Shown here: positions 57,306 through 60,387 of the stretch, piece after piece | Layout: every line of letters starts with the position of its first letter | Numbering within the stretch: the first letter of the stretch is position 1 | IMG/VR virus record: IMGVR_UViG_3300050014_001170 | Span: 1 to 60,387 of that record | Strand: one strand, 5' to 3' | DNA: 60,387 bases | Source: a virus | Taxonomy: Duplodnaviria; Caudoviricetes | The notes under the pieces: generated by a model | The model's database searches: none | Told to the model about the DNA's origin: nothing | The model's input: the letters and a program-made list of their open reading frames with translations, nothing else | Translations under genes and position numbers: made by a program

Positions 57306-57307
57306 AA

Positions 57308-57394
57308 GCCTTCGTGGCGGAAATGGATAGACGTGTCGGATTCAGTATCCGATTCCCGTAATACGGAGTGTGGGCTCGAATCCCACCGAGGGCA
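57308..57394 (+). tRNA. tRNA-Leu(CAG)
   Basis: Acceptor GCCTTCG/CGAGGGC-A; anticodon arm TCGGA-TTCAGTA-TCCGA; long variable arm; T loop CTCGAAT. Confidence 0.8.
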
Positions 57395-57564
57395 CAAAAT
57401 TTTTTAGAATATCTGAGACGGCAGAAACGTAAGAAATTGCCTTATGATCCGTCCACTAAGCATTAGAAGGAGAAGTTACTCATACATGTTAAGAGGTGAT
57501 GAGCTTTTGGTGGAAAAACGTTTTTTAATATTCTATCAGATATATACAATATAAAGTATAAATT

Positions 57565-57981
57565 ATGAACACTCAGTTTTGGAAAGGCTTTCTTATGTGT
57601 ATTGTCGGAGTAATTTTTACTACATTTAATACAATTCCTATTAACTTTTCCATAATGCTTGTTACTCTGATTGGTTCTATCCTGGTGTATATAGGAACTA
57701 ATGCAATCAAATCCTTACGCCCAATATCAATTCCAAGTACATTAACCTGGAGAGATGCGGTTCATTCTCTTTTTATTCTTATTGGCAATGGCCTCGTTGA
57801 TTCAGCTTATTCAATAGTAACTGGAACTACAATACATTGGATTATTTTATTACAAATATCAGCAAGTATTGCATTCACATATTTAGGATCAACATTCTTT
57901 GGAGGTCCATATTCAGCAAAACCTGTTAGCTGGTCAAAAAAGACACGTATTTCTTATACTAAAAAAATGATGATATTATGA
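57565..57981 (+). CDS. Four-TM membrane protein
   Basis: Four hydrophobic segments with internal duplication and a basic C-terminal tail. Confidence 0.6.
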   Translation: MNTQFWKGFLMCIVGVIFTTFNTIPINFSIMLVTLIGSILVYIGTNAIKSLRPISIPSTLTWRDAVHSLFILIGNGLVDSAYSIVTGTTIHWIILLQISASIAFTYLGSTFFGGPYSAKPVSWSKKTRISYTKKMMIL

Positions 57982-58823
57982 AAGATTTTAGCCAATACAA
58001 ATTAAATGTTCTTCCTAGTCCCAAAAATAAAAGAGATTGGTTAGCATCTGAGATTTATCCTAGAGCAATATTACCAGAAGTGGTTGATTATCGTCCTCAA
58101 ATGCAACCTATTAGGGATCAAGGCGATCAAGGATCGTGTGCAGCTATGGCCGGTGCTGCAATGAAAGAGTGGCAAGAGAAACTTGACATGAATCTTAATG
58201 AGTACATGAGTCCTCAATTTATTTATAATAGCAGAGAAGATCTGAATGAAGAAGGAATGTACATGAGAGATCTTATGGCAGTATTGAAGGAAAAAGGGGA
58301 TTGTTTAGAAATAATGTTTCCTTATGGAAACATGGAATTACCATCTATTGATGCTCTTATGAATGCTTCTCTTTATAAGATATTGAATTATGCGTTCATT
58401 GATATAATTGATGATTTAAAATTATCTCTTTATTCTAATGGTCCTTGTATTATTGCAGTTCCAGTCTATAACTTTACAGAACGTATGTGGTTTCAGGGAT
58501 CAAAACAAAATCTTCTGGGCGGCCATGCATTATGTGTAGTAGGTTATAATAAAGATGGATTCATTATTAGAAATTCTTGGGGTACTGATTGGGGTCAAAA
58601 TGGTTATTGCATTATGTCTTATGATGATTTTGGTTTACAATGGGAATTATGGACTACTGTTGATGCAAGATCTTATAATCCACCAGTTCCACCAACACCT
58701 CCAGAACCACCAACCCCACCAACACCACCGGATCCACCTATTCCGCCAACACCTCCGGATCCACCAGTTCCACCAGAGCCTGAAAGAAAAGGTTGTTTTG
58801 CAAAGATTTTCGGAATTTCTTAA
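57978..58823 (+). CDS. Papain-like C1 cysteine peptidase with a Pro-rich tail
   Basis: DQGDQGSC, GGHA and IRNSWG..WG.NGY motifs; PPxPP repeat linker. Confidence 0.88.
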   Translation: MKDFSQYKLNVLPSPKNKRDWLASEIYPRAILPEVVDYRPQMQPIRDQGDQGSCAAMAGAAMKEWQEKLDMNLNEYMSPQFIYNSREDLNEEGMYMRDLMAVLKEKGDCLEIMFPYGNMELPSIDALMNASLYKILNYAFIDIIDDLKLSLYSNGPCIIAVPVYNFTERMWFQGSKQNLLGGHALCVVGYNKDGFIIRNSWGTDWGQNGYCIMSYDDFGLQWELWTTVDARSYNPPVPPTPPEPPTPPTPPDPPIPPTPPDPPVPPEPERKGCFAKIFGIS

Positions 58824-58923
58824 TTTATATAAATTGTTAATTGCTAACCGTTCAGTCGGAAAGTATACATAACTTAAAGCCACTAGCAATTTTTATTATT
58901 AATTACATTAAATACAAAATAAC

Positions 58924-59160
58924 ATGAAATCAAAAATGCCATACATTCTTACAGGATTATCTATTTTAGCTGAATTCTTTGTTATTGCAGTTTGTGTTTT
59001 CCTCGCTATTTTTACTCCTAAAGAGGAAACAGCTTTAAGATGCATTCTCTATGCATTTATAATCTGGCACTTATTTTTGGATCCAACGGGTCTATTTCAA
59101 ATGTTTACTCCTAAAAAACTTAAGGAAAGATTTCAATCTTTGAAAAATTCTTTTTCTTAA
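58924..59160 (+). CDS. Small membrane protein
   Basis: Two TM segments. Confidence 0.55.
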   Translation: MKSKMPYILTGLSILAEFFVIAVCVFLAIFTPKEETALRCILYAFIIWHLFLDPTGLFQMFTPKKLKERFQSLKNSFS

Positions 59161-59245
59161 CATTTAACCTATATTTAACAGGAACCATTTTTCTGGTTCA
59201 ATTTAATTTTGTATATTACATTATTATTTAATTTAAAACTTATTT

Positions 59246-59452
59246 ATGAAAAAAATTATTACTAGACCTAAAATAGGAGATACTAGGATATATTTTACTT
59301 TTATCCTATTTCCAAAAACCCTTCAAAATAATGGAAACTGGATTAAAAGATGGTGCGAAAAAGTTCAAATTTTAGAGAGGTATTGTCTTGGGGTAGGACA
59401 AGACGATAACAATAAATGGGTCGATCAATCTTGGGCAGATTTACATTATTAA
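59246..59452 (+). CDS. Hypothetical protein
   Basis: First ORF after a TTAAC-box promoter. Confidence 0.55.
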   Translation: MKKIITRPKIGDTRIYFTFILFPKTLQNNGNWIKRWCEKVQILERYCLGVGQDDNNKWVDQSWADLHY

Positions 59453-59499
59453 ATATTCACTTATAATTCTAAATTTATTATTAATCAAAATTGAAAACT

Positions 59500-60387
59500 A
59501 TGGCAGAAGGTAGAAGTGGTGATCTTGTTTTATCGCAAGGAACATACGTATTACTTCAAGACGGAGCTACAGGACAGGTAGAAGTTGTTACTGGTCCTTT
59601 TAAAGTTTCTCTTGCAGACACAGATCGACCAGTCATTTATGACAGGGAATCTCGTTTATTCTCTCCAACAACAGCAGACAAAGCTATTAGAGTTTGTCCA
59701 GCTGCAGATGAAGGGCAATATCTTGTTTTAACTAATCCATCCTCAGAGGATAATGGTGTAAAACATCCAGGAAAAGGAAAACAACCTACAATGGATCTTA
59801 CAATGGGAAGCAAAATTAATCTTCCGGGACCAGTAGTTTTTGCACTTTTTCCAGGTCAAGTAGCTGAAGTTATTGATGGGCATCAGCTTAAATCCAATGA
59901 ATATCTTCTTATTCGTATCTATAGCGAAAAGAAAGCAAAGGAAAATATTAAGAATTCAGTGGTAAAAGCTGCAGAAGGAACTGAAGAAAAAACTGGAAAG
60001 AAAAAAGAACTTTTTGATGAAAAAGAAATCCGCACAGGAAATCTTCTTATTATAAAAGGCACTGATGTTTCTTTCTATATGCCTCCAACAGGTATTGAGG
60101 TTCTTGAGGAAAAAGGAAAATACACCAGAGACGCTGTCACTTTGGAAAGACTTGAATATTGCATTCTTCTTGATCAAAATGGTGACAAACGCTATGTAAA
60201 AGGCCCGGATGTTGTATTTCCAAAACCAACTGAGGTATTCATTCAGTATAAAAATCAGAATGTTTTCAGAGCAATCGAACTCAATGAAGCAATGGGTATT
60301 TATATCAAAGTTATTGCTGATTATGAAGAAGACGGAAAAAAATATATTGCTGGTGAAGAACTTTTTATTACCGGAAACGAACAAAAA
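59500..60387 (+). CDS. Major vault protein (MVP) homolog, N-terminal 296 aa (runs off the window end; missing from the ORF track)
   Basis: Open frame MAEGRSGDLVLSQGTYVLLQDGATGQVEVVTGP...PGPVVFALFPGQ...HQLKSNEYLLIR...AVTLERLEYCILLD...RAIELNEAMGIYIKVIADYEEDGKKYIAGEELFITG, with vault-repeat-like units. Confidence 0.75.
   Translation, partial: MAEGRSGDLVLSQGTYVLLQDGATGQVEVVTGPFKVSLADTDRPVIYDRESRLFSPTTADKAIRVCPAADEGQYLVLTNPSSEDNGVKHPGKGKQPTMDLTMGSKINLPGPVVFALFPGQVAEVIDGHQLKSNEYLLIRIYSEKKAKENIKNSVVKAAEGTEEKTGKKKELFDEKEIRTGNLLIIKGTDVSFYMPPTGIEVLEEKGKYTRDAVTLERLEYCILLDQNGDKRYVKGPDVVFPKPTEVFIQYKNQNVFRAIELNEAMGIYIKVIADYEEDGKKYIAGEELFITGNEQK

Noticed and set aside
57565-57981. Holin call for the four-TM protein
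   Set aside because: No adjacent endolysin and no recognisable holin motif; left as a membrane protein.
58680-58781. ccacca repeat as a regulatory or mobile repeat
   Set aside because: It encodes the Pro-rich linker of the C1 peptidase.
59956-60384. 142-aa minus-strand ORF in the ORF track
   Set aside because: Phe-rich antisense shadow of the plus-strand MVP frame.
1-60387. Genome-wide TAG reassignment (as in Lak or some crAss-like phages)
   Set aside because: Coding density is high under the standard code, TAG ends intact genes (for example the 766 and 14776 ORFs), and no CTA-anticodon tRNA was seen. The PNK TAG is a local case.

Overview
AT-rich window from a large tailed phage (jumbo-phage-like) using the standard genetic code. 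The host is most likely Bacteroidota, inferred from many TAnnTTTG promoters and host-type T9SS genes. Bases 1-9 kb hold a minus-strand block of Ser/Thr/Gly-rich virion or tail-fibre-like genes. Bases 9-18 kb are minus-strand accessory genes: HD protein, PTP-like phosphatase, Rnl1-like RNA ligase and homing endonucleases. After a strand switch near 18 kb, the plus strand carries a YkuK RNase H-like gene, an HNH-RNA ligase fusion, an S3-like KH protein, an ATP-grasp enzyme, a T9SS type-B cargo plus PorP/SprF module, a stop-interrupted PNK, an OmpR-type regulator, an RlaP-like nucleotidyltransferase, NadD plus Nudix, a clamp loader, a 5'-3' exonuclease, NfeD plus flotillin, a GH73-like enzyme and two papain-like peptidases. 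Bases 48.4-57.5 kb form a dense RNA island: about 15 tRNAs (several atypical), five Y-RNA (YrlA)-like ncRNAs (one holding a circularly permuted tRNA-Ser), several large unclassified structured RNAs and interleaved homing endonucleases. The window ends inside an ORF missing from the ORF track (59500 onward) that encodes a major vault protein (MVP) homolog. The main candidate new system is a phage-encoded vault-like particle linked to TROVE/Ro-binding RNAs and RNA repair. All calls come from motifs recognised by eye; no database search was run.
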